From Octopus vulgaris (Eukaryota): 64,000 bases of DNA. Numbering within the stretch: position 1 is the stretch's first letter; every line of letters begins with the position of its first letter. The notes beneath the pieces were generated by a model. The model saw only the letters and a program-made list of their open reading frames with translations. It had not been told where the DNA came from and made no database searches. A program made the position numbers and the translations under genes. Below, one piece after another: positions 45,091-59,447 of this stretch. Location of the stretch: assembly GCA_951406725.2 (NCBI GenBank), contig OX597825.1, positions 81,592,001 through 81,656,000 of the forward strand, given 5' to 3'.

Positions 45091-45856
45091 GATTGTGGCA
45101 TTTGCAGTAGTGGCACTGGTGGTGCTAGAGGCGGTGGTGGTAGTGGTTGTGGCATTGGTGGTGGTAGTATTGGTAGTAGCGGTATTAGTGGTAGTGATGT
45201 ATTGGCGGCGGCAGTAATGCTGTTGGTGGTGGCATGGCTTTGGTGGTTTCGGTGGTGGTGGTGATGGTACTAGTATTGGTTGTGGTGGTGGTAGTGGTGG
45301 TGATATTGGTGGTAGTGGTTGTGGCATTCATGGTAGTGGAATTGGTGGTGGTGGTGGTGGTGGTGGTGGTGGTGGTATGGGTGGTAGTGTTGGTGGTGGT
45401 ATTTGTAGGTGCGGTATTAGAGATAGTGGAGATGGTGGTAGTGGAAATGGTGACGATAGTGGTGGTGGTGGATGCAGCGGAGGTGCCACTGGAGTTGATG
45501 GAGATACCCTTGATGGTTCGGCGGCGCTGGTATAGGCGTTAGTGGTTGAGAATGCTGCTGCAACGGCGGCGGTGACGATGGCGATCACTGCTAGTGATGC
45601 TGACGTCGATGATGGGGGAGGTTGTGTTTTGCTGCTTGCGGTGGGGAGGGTGGTAGCAATTGGTGGTGGTGGGTGGCAGAGGTGCAATGGTCTGAAGGTG
45701 GAGATTGGCGCGAAAGCCGAAACGTTGATGATGGTATGGGAGCTGAAATTGCGGTGGTGTTGTTGTGGTTGTAGTAGAGATCGTGAGGGAAATGGTGTTG
45801 GTTGTGTTGGTGACAGTTTATAGTTATGGACGTAGTGGTAGTAGCAGTGAGAAAGT

Positions 45857-45912
<56 letters not shown>

Positions 45913-45956
45913 TGTAGTTGTAGTAGTAGTTGGAGTAGTAATAGTAGCAGTAGTTA

Positions 45957-46002
<46 letters not shown>

Positions 46003-46525
46003 TGTAGTTGTAGTAGTAGTAGTTGTAGTTGTGGAAGTGTGATGGTGTGGTAGTGATGGCGGTGGTTGTAGTAGTAGAACTGCGTGTTGGTTATAGTGTA
46101 GTGGTTGTGGTGGTTGTTGTGTTGGTGATGATCTTATTTGTGATTCTGATGGTGTTGGTGGTTGTGTGATGGCGGTGGTGTAAGTGTGGTGTTATAGCCA
46201 TCGTTGTTATAGTCATTGTACGAGTTGAACATGGGAGAACTTTATGCTGCCGAATGTGGTGATTGCAGTGAAGGTGCTTATGAGGGGCTGCAGAGTATCG
46301 TGTGTGTGTGTGAGTTTGTGTGAGTTCGTGTGTATCTATGTGTGCGTTAATGACTCTGAGTTTGTGTGCACGTGCGTGCGTTGTGTGAGAAATGTGTGTG
46401 TGTGAGTTCGTGCATGAGTGTGTGTGTTGTGTGGGAATTTGTGTGTGTGTGTGAGGTTTCGCGTATACACACGGTTGGGTGCATATATACATATATATGT
46501 ACGTGTACATATATACATATATATG

Positions 46526-46604
<79 letters not shown>

Positions 46605-46661
46605 ATCTATCTATCTATATCTATCTATCTATCTATCTAACTATCTATCTAACCTATTTGT

Positions 46662-46990
46662 ATAGGTTTACGAAGAATAAGTCCTGGGGCCGATTTGTTC
46701 CACTAAAGGCGGTGCTCCAGCATGGCCGTAGTCAAATGACTGAAACAAGTAAGAAATATATATATATATATTCTATTATTCTTTTATTCCTTTATTTGTT
46801 TCAGTCATTTGACCATGCTGCCATGCTGGAGCACCGCCTTTAGTCGAACAAATCGGCCCCAGGAGTTATTCCTTGTAAGTCTAGTACTTATTCTTTTCGG
46901 TCTCTTTTGCAGAACCCCTAAGGTACGGGGACGTACACACACCAGCATCGGTTGTCAAGTGATGGTGGGGAGGGGGGCAAACACAGACAC
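46662..46990. mobile_element. Two family C SINE 3' ends, tail-to-tail
   Basis: 46662-46752 (+) is the approximate reverse complement of 46792-46882 (-). Confidence 0.85.
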
Positions 46991-47006
46991 ACACACACAC
47001 GCACGC

Positions 47007-47077
<71 letters not shown>

Positions 47078-47323
47078 TATATACCGAAATTGGGACCAAT
47101 AAGGTAATAACTGATTTTTTTAGAAATTTCTGTCGGCTTGTTTCGAGACGCTTAAATTATAATGGTTATTGACAATTATGTCTTTTTCGGCATATTTGGC
47201 ATTAGAATTTTTTTTTTGGCCTTATTTTATGTGTTATTTATAAATTTAACCTTTAAAGGTATTTTTTGATATGCTGGCCATTGATAAATTTTTTTTTCGA
47301 AAAAAATTTTATCCTACATTAGT

Positions 47324-47391
<68 letters not shown>

Positions 47392-47564
47392 CTAAACGAT
47401 ATGATAAAAATGTGATATATATGTAAAAAATGTAATATATAAATAAATATCTGTAAATATAAACCATCCGATCTTCTGATTACCTCATTTCTTATAATAT
47501 ATAATACCTGTACATCATCTCCAAACCTTCCAATATATATATATATTATATATATATATATATA

Positions 47565-47727
47565 AACGACGGGCTTCTTTCAGTTTCCATCTACCAAATC
47601 CACTCACAAGGCTTTGGTTGGCCCGAGGATATAGTAGAAGAGATTTGCCCAAGATTCCACGGAGTAGGATTGAACCGGGAACCATGTGGTTGGTAAGCAA
47701 GCTTCTTCCCACACAACCACGCTGCGC
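47565..47727 (-). mobile_element. SINE family C head
   Basis: ACGACGGGCTTCTTTCAGTTTCC...ACCATGTGGTTGGTAAGCAAGCTTC. Confidence 0.85.
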
Positions 47728-49133
47728 CAATTCAATTATAAAAATGTAATTGTATTATTTTAAAACATCGAATGACTACGATGGTCCAGCCGAGTAAAAT
47801 AGGAATGAAAGGGCTTCGGAAGTAGAAAAATGGCTGAGAGGAACACTGAATTAAATTAAGTCATCAACAGATTAGCAGGGCCTTTAGAGAGTCGGACAAA
47901 ACACCTTGCGATATTTACTCCGGCTCTTTATGTTCTGAGTTCAGATCCAGCCGAGGTCGAACTTTCACTTTCATCCAGTCAAATATAATAGATTGGTGGG
48001 TTTATGTCTAATCAGTAGTGGTGGTCGTATTGAGCTTGGTGGGAGTGATTGATGATGATGGTAGCGGTGACGGTAGTAGTGGTGGTGGTGGGATGTGATA
48101 GTGATGATGGTAGTGGTGGTGGTGATGATAGCTTTGGTTGGGATGGTTGTGGTTTATTATGGTGGTGGAGATTATGGTGGTGGAGATGGTGAAGGTAACG
48201 GTGGTGTGATGGTGATGATGGTGGTGGTGGTGGTGGTGATGGTAGCGGTAGCAGTGGTAGTGGTGGTGCATTTTGATGTATATGATTGTTATTGTTGTTA
48301 TGGTCGTGGTTTTTGTTGATATTTTAGCCCCATGTTAGCTGTGATTAGGTAGACCTACGATCAAAAGCATTTCAGCCGTGACCATCCCATCTTTTTCCTT
48401 AGTAAAAGAAAAAAAACAGCATCACTCTCTCCTATGTGATCTGAACACGATTTGGCTACTATTTCTAGGATGTCGTGTAACAACATAAAGCCTCTTTCAT
48501 TTGCACAATCTGTAAAGGCGGCGGCGGCGGCGGCGGTAGTGGTGTGGGTTGCGATGATAACGAAGACGGTGAATGAACTGGCGGCGGCGGTGGTGGTCAC
48601 GGCGGTGGCGGCGGCGGTGGCGGTAGAAGTCACTCAAGTGAGACGAGAGCGGGAGTGTTGAACAGAAGGTGCGTGTCATTAGGTTCTCCGGGATTTACTA
48701 TTCACGGTTATGGTGGCGTCGGGTGGAAGGGCGATAGGGGTGTGAATAATGGACCGTCAGCAATTAAAAACAACAACAACAACAGCTATAACGACCGCGA
48801 CCTGAATAATTATGGCGATGATAATGATCGTGATGATAACGATGGTGTTGATTATTTTTTTCCATTCAACCAATCCCGTCTGTATTTGCTATGTGTTGGG
48901 GGTCTAACTTTGGCCCCTTTTCATAACTACCCGCCTGCTTCCCACCTGACGTCAGCTGTTCAACGGCTGGGACCCACCCGTCCGAGGTGGGAAGGTGAAC
49001 CGTGGCAGACAGGGTGGGATGGGGGTGGGGTGGCAATGAAAGGACGATGTATGTGAGGCATTAGCGTTAATTAAGTCATAAACTCATAAAGGACCCTGTC
49101 CAACAAAACTCTAATTATCAAGTAGTTAAAATG

Positions 49134-49173
<40 letters not shown>

Positions 49174-49346
49174 AGAGAGGAAGAGAGAGAGAGAGAGAAG
49201 GAGGGAGGGAAATATGCTTATTTACTCACGCACACACATCTTTGTAAACACGTATGCATATGTGTGAGGTACGTACATGTGTGTGTGTGTGTGTATGGAT
49301 TGATAAATAGATGTACATGTATACATGCACACATATATGCATATAA

Positions 49347-49382
<36 letters not shown>

Positions 49383-49398
49383 TATATATATACATGTA

Positions 49399-49434
<36 letters not shown>

Positions 49435-49450
49435 ACTATCTATCTATCTA

Positions 49451-49486
<36 letters not shown>

Positions 49487-49587
49487 CATACATCTATCTA
49501 TCTATACATATCATGCATGCATGCATGCATGCATACATACATACATACATGCATACATACATACATATGCATGCATATGCATATACA

Positions 49588-49620
<33 letters not shown>

Positions 49621-49667
49621 GCATATATATATACATACATACATACATACATACATACATACATACA

Positions 49668-49699
<32 letters not shown>

Positions 49700-49841
49700 C
49701 TTCCGGGTTCGATCTTACAACATGTCATCTTGGGCCGGTGTCTTTGCCTTAACCTCAGATAGATCCACGTCTTGAGAGTGATTTTAGATACAAGATACAA
49801 CATCACCACTGCCACCACCACCACCAATAATAATAATAATA

Positions 49842-50300
49842 ATCCTTTCACCTATAGGTACAAAGCTTGAAATTCTTGTGAGAGGGAACCAGTTGATTCC
49901 ATCGACCTCAGTGCGTAACTGGTACTTATTTAGTCGAAGCCGAAAGGATGAAAGACAAAGTCGACCTCGGCAGAAATTGAACTCAGAAAAGTAAAGATGA
50001 ACGCAAATAATGAAAAGTGTATTTATGCTATCGACCCTGGGAGAATGATAGCTGAGGTTTGAACTCAGAATATAGAATACATAGAAGAAACACGCAAAGA
50101 CGTATTTTCCGACACTTTACTGATTCGGCCAATGGGAAAAGGTTAGTTGTGACCATAGACCACAGTACATGACTGGTATTTTAGTTTATCAGTTCCGGAG
50201 AGACGAAAGGCACAAGTCGAACCCGGCAGGATTTGAACTCAGGACGGTAAAGAGGCGCAATGAATATCACGAAGCATTTTGGGTCTTTTGTCTGTCGTTC
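49842..50300 (-). mobile_element. Cluster of diverged SINE family A fragments
   Basis: Repeated ACTGGTA..., GAAAGG...AAGTCGA and TTGAACTCAG motifs. Confidence 0.7.
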
Positions 50301-50459
50301 CAACCAATTCTATCTTTTCTGGAAAACGAAAAGGTCGATAGAAGTCAACAATAAAAATCTAATTAGGAAAACATTTGCTCGTTTCTATGCAAATACAAAC
50401 AGAAGGTGAGTGCGCGTCTGTACATAGATACGTACGTACATGCATACATACACACATAT

Positions 50460-50508
<49 letters not shown>

Positions 50509-50516
50509 TACATACA

Positions 50517-50552
<36 letters not shown>

Positions 50553-51470
50553 CACACACATACATACAGACGTATATATATATATATGTATATATATATG
50601 TGTGTATATATGCATATGTATGCATGTATAAATATATGTATATACATCCGTGCATACACATATGTATTTATAAGTCTGAAAGACGGAAGCGTACAATTTA
50701 AATACGACAACAGATGCTGCTTTTTTCTTTTATGGAAGATGTAATACAAACACACACACACACACACACACAGATCATAGTTTACAGTGTTCGAAAATGT
50801 CATCGAGATATTATATACACTTGTATATTCATTCATACAATGTAGGCTATCATAGCAAAACAAACTTCAATGTAAATTTATAGCGAGTGATAGAGGTGGC
50901 TGTACTGGTGGCCGGTGGCTGGGTGGCGAAAAAGAATAACGGGAGAGAATAGGCTTATGAGCACCAACAATAATGCAGAGAATATAATTATACACAGCAA
51001 TTAAACTAAAGAATAACGGTAGATAGTGGTACTAATAAAAAAAAAAACATGATGGCAATAAAACGGAGAGGAGCCTAATAGATGACACTTTGTCATCTGG
51101 GACATAAAGCAACAACAAAGGAGAGAGAACAATTAAATGTTTATTGTAGTAGGAATTAGTTTTACATTGAAAATAAATGAGAAATTAAATATTCTTAGCG
51201 ACATAATGAGAAAACTTTCAAACTTTGTGTCGGTTTCGTCACTTTATTCGATCCGTGTGTCGAACAGTTGAGAGTTTGCTTGCTAAGGGTCGATCTTACA
51301 AACTCGGTTCGGACTCACGATTTTAAAGGCTCTTTTCATCTCTCTTATGGCGTTATTGTTCATAATAGTGGAATTAACTCCACAGCCCTTAGTTTATCTA
51401 TATATTTAACCATAAATTTATATAACAGTTTTGTACCTGCCTTGAATAGACAACGAGGAAAGCATTCGAG

Positions 51471-51587
<117 letters not shown>

Positions 51588-51723
51588 GCCTGTCTGTCTG
51601 CCTGCCTGTCTGTCTGTCTGTCTGTCTGTCTATCTGTCTGTCTGCCTGTCTGTCTGTCTGTCTGTCTGCTTATCGAATACCATTGGCGATTTCTTTTCCA
51701 TCTTTGGACTTTCGCCTTTGTCC

Positions 51724-51830
51724 TTTCTGATGAAAAGCTACGATCTAAACGTCAAATGTTCTCCTTTCACCGAGCGACCAGCTAATACATTTCTTGTACA
51801 CATCCTCACGTATTTTGCTGGTTTTTTTTT
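51724..51830 (+). mobile_element. Decayed HHR-bearing element, same family as 10591-10790
   Basis: TTT-CTGATGA-aaagctacgatct-AAA-CG-TC-AAA, then GAGCG..CTAATACAT..TTGTACAC shared with the reverse complement of 10.6 kb. Confidence 0.55.
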
Positions 51831-52240
51831 TTAAATTCGTTTATTTGAATTGTTTATTTATTTAAATTCATTATCTATCTATCTATCTATCTTCCTATCG
51901 TTATCATCCTATCTATATGTCTATATCTATACATAGCGCAAAACTGGAAAAAAATGAACGCGGGAAAAATTATAGGAAAAGGCGCTTCATGAAGCCACTG
52001 TGGAGACGCTTCCGAAAAAACAAAGAAAAGCCGTTGGAAAACCGATTATAGCAGCGACTCCATCAATTCCCAGGGATATCTGAAGAAGGAATTTTTATTC
52101 CGAAATTTTATATCAGACCATGTAAATAACAGTTATTATATAACAACAGTTATTATATAAATTACAAGAGTTATTATAGTCCATAGTTTGTATTATAATG
52201 CATTGTTGTCATACAAAATATTTTCTTCTTTATAGGAAAA

Positions 52241-52630
52241 CTAGCAGTATCGCCCGGCGTTGCTCGGGTTTGTAAGGGAAATAACTATATAAGCATTTGT
52301 AGAGAGATATAGCCAAAAAAATGCATTAAAAATGGAAAAAAAATATGGTAAATTTTTTTAAAAATCGTTGACTCATCGTAGACATTTTTAGAGAGTTACT
52401 TCCCTTATATAATAGCGAAAAAATAGCATGCAAAATGGAAAAAAATATGGTAATCTTTATTTTTAAAATCGTAGACTCATCGTAGACGCGCGAAAATAAC
52501 CAGAAGGGCTCGATATAATTCACGACTATAAGATACCCGCTTTTGGTTACACTGCACCGCAAAATGTGGGAGTAGTTAGGAATCTAAATCGTAGGAGACA
52601 GACACACAACTTCACTTTTATATACAAAGA
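52241..52630 (-). mobile_element. Non-autonomous Helitron
   Basis: The 32-bp 3' terminus CTAGCAGTATCGCCCGGCGTTGCTCGGGTTTG is identical to that at 31861, and the 5' end is similar (ACAACTTCA..TTTATATA). Internal partial tandem duplication. Confidence 0.82.
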
Positions 52631-52988
52631 TATAAAGATATAAAGATTACCATCCTGACTGAGTTCTGGGACGTCTTTAAGAAGCAACACCCAGAAATGG
52701 CTCTCGGGTATTGTTTGTTGTAAATGTTGGCTTGTGTGTAAATTTTGCCCTTGTTTGTAAAGTGTGAGCGTATACCTACAAGGGACCCGCGCCCAAATGT
52801 CATATCGACCACCTGAACAAATGCCTACCGTTTTTAATCGCGTACGATTAAAACATTTTATTATGACATCTTACCATTAAGTCTTTTAATTAATAACATT
52901 TATTCAGTTCTATATTTAAGAGATGAAGAATTATATACATTATTTACATTATTTACATTATTTACATTTGACGGATATTTGTCCTCAT

Positions 52989-53069
52989 TTGGCGTAGTGG
53001 TTAAGAGCGCGGGCTACTAACCCCAAGATTCCGAGTTCGAACCCAGGCAGTGATCTGAAAAATAATAAT

Positions 53070-53113
<44 letters not shown>

Positions 53114-53157
53114 GTAGAAGAAGAAGAACAAGAACAACAACAACAACAACAATGATG

Positions 53158-53233
<76 letters not shown>

Positions 53234-53250
53234 TAATAATAATAATAATG

Positions 53251-53304
<54 letters not shown>

Positions 53305-53435
53305 TCAAAAAATACCTTAGGAATGAGAACCCAGGTTCGAAATTTCCCCAAGACACCTGATGAAGGCTGGAGGGTATATCAGCCGAAACGTTGTGTTAAC
53401 AACAAACAAGATGAGGACAAATATCCATCAAATGT
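52989..53435 (+). mobile_element. tRNA-headed element with (AAT)n spacer and hammerhead ribozyme
   Basis: A box TGGCGTAGTGG (52990-53000), B box GAGTTCGAACC (53033-43), (AAT)n at 53061-53300, HHR at 53352-53397. Confidence 0.8.
53352..53397 (+). ncRNA. Minimal type-I hammerhead ribozyme
   Basis: GACAC-CTGATGA-A-GGCTG-gagggtatat-CAGCC-GAAA-CG-TT-GTGTT. Stem I and stem II are intact, stem III is the ACGT palindrome, and cleavage is predicted after GUU (53392). Confidence 0.8.
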
Positions 53436-53827
53436 CTACCACTTCCAAGCCATCAACTCCTCGTAGACCAGAAGAACAAGATGATATCTTGCAACGGACA
53501 TGAAATAAAGACGAAAGTTCACCAAAGAGTCTGCACACGCTTATTTATGGACAGCAATTCATCCCTTTGCTTGGGGGCTGCTGTCAACATAAACCCTCGA
53601 TTTGCGATGTCTTCATTTGAACGTAAGTTGTCTTATTTACATCGTACCTGCTTTATTAAGGGTACGAAAAGGGTACATGGACTTGAAATAGGGTAGAAAT
53701 TGTAGACTAGATATTTAAAAAGAGGAAATAAATATGGAAGTGTAATCTGCTTTTGTATATCATCAGTGAATATTAGCGAACATCTATGATGCTTACAGCA
53801 TCTAATAGGATGCTCATCACCGAATTC

Positions 53828-53866
<39 letters not shown>

Positions 53867-55094
53867 ACAGACACACACACATACACATACACACACATAT
53901 GTATACGTGCGTGTGCTGTTGTGTGTGTGTATACACACATGTATACTTGCAAATGCGTGCGTACATGTATGCGTATACATGCTCATACACACACACACAC
54001 ACAAACACACACGAGAGAGATTTCTTATATGTGTGTATTGATGTATGTATCTGTATTCGTGCGCACACACACGCACACACCCATACACATATACACACGC
54101 ATACACATATACACAGACATGTGAATTTTAAAAAACATACATATAATACATGTATGCAAGCATATATTTGCATGTGTATATAATGTATACTTAATAACGA
54201 GCGTATATATATATATCCACATACATATATATGTAAGATTAAAAAAATAGATATATATGTATCCCCATATATATATATATATATATATATATGCATATAC
54301 ACATATATATTTACATATATATATTTACATATGTATTTACATATATATATATTTACATATATATATGTGTATGTATGTATGTCCTAACGTGTGTACATGT
54401 ATGCGTGTGGGTGTATCACATATACAAACAAATACACACAAATACACAATGCCATACACACACGCGTACCAAAATATACGCATTTCTCAACCTCACACGT
54501 GTATGGAGGAGGAGTTAATTTTTCTCTTCCCTTCACCCCTTTCTCCTCCCTCTTTTACAGTCACCCACTTCTCCCCCTCCCCCTCAACCCTGTATCTGTC
54601 TCTCTCTCTTTCTCTCTCTCCCTCTTTTGTCCCCAAATCGGAATTAATTCCGCTCACCTAAATTTATTCTATAACTAAATCTCAATTATTAACATTTCAT
54701 GTAATTTTACAACTAATGAAATTAGCAAGAAATTACATTTCCCGCCAAACATTTTGGGGGAACTAACAAGCTTTACATAATTAATAAGGTCATTAACAAT
54801 AACAACAACAACAACGACGAGAACAACAACAACAAGAACAACAGCAGCATCAACAGGAACAGCAACTAAAACCACAAGTATTAAAAAACAACATTATAGC
54901 AAAAACAACTAAAATACAAGCCAAAACAATTGTGACATTCGCAACAATAACTGCAACATCAAAAACAACAACTACAACGAGACTAACTTCATTATTTCTT
55001 TTAATTTATATCAAATTTATATATTTGTTTATAAACTATATATATATATGTATACACACACACACACTCACACAGATATATATATATATATGCA

Positions 55095-55138
<44 letters not shown>

Positions 55139-55141
55139 ACA

Positions 55142-55172
<31 letters not shown>

Positions 55173-55289
55173 GCATACATATATATACACATTCATCATA
55201 CATACATGCACATATATATGTGTGTGTATATATATATGTATATATCTATATATACATACATATATAAACACATACATCATACATACGTG

Positions 55290-55326
<37 letters not shown>

Positions 55327-55382
55327 CTTGTTCATTTATTCAAATAAGCATGTCTTTTGGGGGATAATGCATTACCAACATT

Positions 55383-55920
<538 letters not shown>

Positions 55921-55939
55921 AATAACAACAGTAATATTA

Positions 55940-56368
55940 GGGTGATGAATTGGCCCACTCGTTAGCACGCCGGAGAAAATACTTGGCGCCATTTCGTCGG
56001 CCCGAATGATCTGAGTTCAAATTCTGCCGAGGTCGTCTTTGCTTGTCATCATTTCGAGGTAGATAAAATAAGTACCTGTTGAATACTGGGGTCGACCTAA
56101 TCGACTCTTCCCCGCGCCCCACCTCCCAAATTTCAAGCCTTGTGCTTACAGCAGAAACGATTATTATTGTTGTTATAATCATTAAGGGTGGTGAAGTGGC
56201 AGAACCGTTAGCACGCCGGACGAAATGCTTGCCGTTGTTTCATGGGTTCGAATTCAGCGGCGGGCGTCTTCGCCTTTCATCCTTTTGGAGTCGATGAAAT
56301 ATGTACCAGTAGTATACTGGGGTCAATGTAATGGACTTACCCCGCCTCCCTCCGAAATTACTGGCCAA
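55940..56368 (+). mobile_element. Two tandem diverged SINE family A copies
   Basis: Two heads (CGTTAGCACGCCGG at about 55960 and 56206), each followed by the core and ATACTGGGGTC. Confidence 0.8.
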
Positions 56369-56483
56369 TATTGTTGCTGTTGTTGTTGTTGTTGTTATGT
56401 TGTGGTCCTCATGGTCCTCTTCTTCGTCAGTAATAGCAACAGCGGTGTCATCATCATCACCATCATCATCATCACCATCATCG

Positions 56484-56519
<36 letters not shown>

Positions 56520-56616
56520 CTATCATCCTCATCACCACCATCATCATCATCATCATCACTATCATCATCATCATCACCACCATCATCATCATCATCATCG
56601 TCGTCATCATCACCAC

Positions 56617-56656
<40 letters not shown>

Positions 56657-57082
56657 GTCATCATCATCATCGCTAACAGGAATAAGCGGTTACAAGAGAA
56701 ACAGCAAAAATGTCGCCGCAGCTGTAGTAAGAACAACAGGTGACACTACATCAAGTGGAAGAGAGATCTGCTAAAAATAGCAGTTAAAACTCCATCTGCT
56801 TCACATTGCACAAACAAATCAAGATGGTGCTCATGACAGGAATGTGCATGATCCTTCGGTCAGTTTGATCAAGATTGACCCAGGGTTAAAGAGCAGATAC
56901 AAAACAAGAATCTGCACGACGACGACGACGACGGCCACCACTACCACCACCCCCACATCCACCCTCATCACTACTACCACCAGCACCACTTCCATCACCA
57001 CCACAACCACCACCACCACTAGAACCACCACCAACACAACCACCACCACCACCACCACAACGATCACAACCACCACAAATAC

Positions 57083-57114
<32 letters not shown>

Positions 57115-57123
<9 letters not shown>

Positions 57124-57721
57124 ATGCATATATACATACATATATGTACGTACCTACCTCTACATGTATATATACATGCATATATGGGTACAGGACACAA
57201 AAAAAAACGCCGAACACAATGAGAAACGAAAACATAAACACAAAACCAAGGAACTGGACATTTTTCTTAAACAACGAAAAAATAGAGTACAGGACAAATA
57301 ACACAAGGAAAATTCCCCTTCTTCAGTCGCCATGGCTTCATCTACTCTGCGTTTCGAAGGTGAAGGCGATACGCATCTTCGATAGAATCTTTCCTTCCCG
57401 CGAAAAGCAAATTAAATAAAATTTGAGATCTTTTTGCGGAGGGGTAAAAATGGTAACAAAAACAGGACAGTAACGACGTTTTTGTTACCATTTTTACTCC
57501 TCCGCAAAAAGATCTCAAATTTTAGTTAATTTGCTTTTCGTGGGAAGGAAAGATTCTATCGGAGATGCGTATCGCCTTCACATTCGAAACACCTTGCGTT
57601 TATGTTTTCGTTTCTCATTGTGTTCGGCGTTTTTTTGGTGTCCTGTACCCATATATGCATGTATATATACATGTAGAGGTAGGTACGTACATATATGTAT
57701 GTATATATGCATATGTTTTAT
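57115..57721. repeat. Nested inverted repeat (fold-back element)
   Basis: 57115-57239 pairs with 57598-57721 and 57351-57463 pairs with 57478-57590, around a 14-nt spacer. Confidence 0.92.
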
Positions 57722-57824
57722 TTATTAATTCATTATATGACGGAACGCACGCATCCATTTCTAAGTAAGATTGTTCTTGATATATATATATATATATATA
57801 CACATATATATAATGTATATATAT

Positions 57825-57905
<81 letters not shown>

Positions 57906-57911
57906 GTATTT

Positions 57912-58808
57912 GTATATATTGCGGTGAATATATTGTCGTCTAAATTTCGCAAAAATGAAAATAACACTGACGTCTCATTTTAACAGATACATTTACCAAA
58001 ATTACATAAAATGATCTTGAAATACTAAAGAATAAATTTATACAATAAAATCGCCATCGGCATCAACCACGGTCTCCAGACGACTTCGGAATCTCCTGGA
58101 ACTCTTCTGGACGGTCTCCTTGTTGGAGTTGGTGAATGCTGCCATAATCCTTGCCTTCAGTTCATCTTTGGTGTTGCAAGGAGTTTTGTCGGTCTCTCGC
58201 TCAACTGTGCCCGACACATAATAATGAAGGGGTTGCAGTCTGGGGAGTTAGGTGGCCAGATGTTAGGGGTGGTGTAGTCGCAGAAATTCTCTGACAGACA
58301 TGACTGGGTTTTCCTACTTGTGTGGCATGTTGCAAAGTCCTGTTGCCAGACATAGGGTCTTCCAGCGGCCATCCTCTTGACCCAGAGCAGTACTACCTCC
58401 TCCAGGCACTTGATGTAGGCCTCCGTGTTGAGTCTGAGGCCATGTGGGAAGATGAATGGACGGATGTCGCCATCAATAGTGATCACTCCAAACACCATGA
58501 TGTTGACTGGATGTTTGATTTTTATCACTCTTGGTACATATTTTGGGGACAAGGCAAGCCAACGGTTGTTCTGTGTGTTCACTGTCTGTCTGTATTAGAG
58601 CTTCCGGCGCGAATGCCAAGAAATACAGCATGTTGTTTACAAATTTCTGGTAGAGTGAATTGCATCATGGTGCTGCTTTTTTCTCACAGACGGTGTCCAT
58701 GATGTCACAGACCCTTCCATGCTGTGTAGTCGATAAAATCAAAAACAAACAATGCGTATGCGCGAAATTAAAAACATAAAATGGCGACGATTTACCGATC
58801 GCACCCTG
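57912..58808 (-). mobile_element. Decayed DD37D (maT-like) Tc1/mariner element
   Basis: IMVFGVI..FIFPHGLRLNTEAYIKCLEEV..YVWQQD..WPPNSPDCNP, with 37 residues after the second D. Terminus TA|CAGGGTGCGATCGGTAAATCGTCGCC; the left end is degraded. Confidence 0.87.
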
Positions 58809-58809
58809 T

Positions 58810-59055
58810 ACATACCTATATACATACATGCATACATATATATACATATATACATACATACATACAAACATACATACATACATACATACATACATACATA
58901 CATACATACATACATACATACTTACATACATACATACATATATATATACATACATACATACATACATACATACATACATACTTACATACATACATATATA
59001 TATACATATATACATACATACATATATATATATATATACATACATACATATATAT

Positions 59056-59088
<33 letters not shown>

Positions 59089-59131
59089 TACATATATACA
59101 TACATACATACATATATATATACATATATAC

Positions 59132-59168
<37 letters not shown>

Positions 59169-59190
59169 CCTATATACATATATACATACA

Positions 59191-59226
<36 letters not shown>

Positions 59227-59318
59227 TATATACGATTATCTATATCTATCAATTTACATATGAATATGAATATATATATGTATATACATTTATATATATG
59301 TATATATACATGTATATA

Positions 59319-59360
<42 letters not shown>

Positions 59361-59447
59361 TGGATATATATATATATGTATATACATACATATATATATA
59401 TATATATACATACTTACACACACATATATACACATATATACACACAC
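58810..59447. repeat. (TACA)n/(TA)n compound microsatellite
   Basis: Direct observation. Confidence 0.95.

Noticed and set aside
47145-47215. HHR-like motif on the minus strand (CCGAAAA-AGAC...GTCT-CGAAACAAGCC)
   Set aside because: The core and cleavage triplet are too degenerate and stem I is unconvincing.
52989-53055. Functional tRNA gene
   Set aside because: The 5' acceptor strand is truncated and there is no TTTT terminator; it is better explained as an element head. The same applies to the SINE heads at 20317, 36065, 37637 and 39284.
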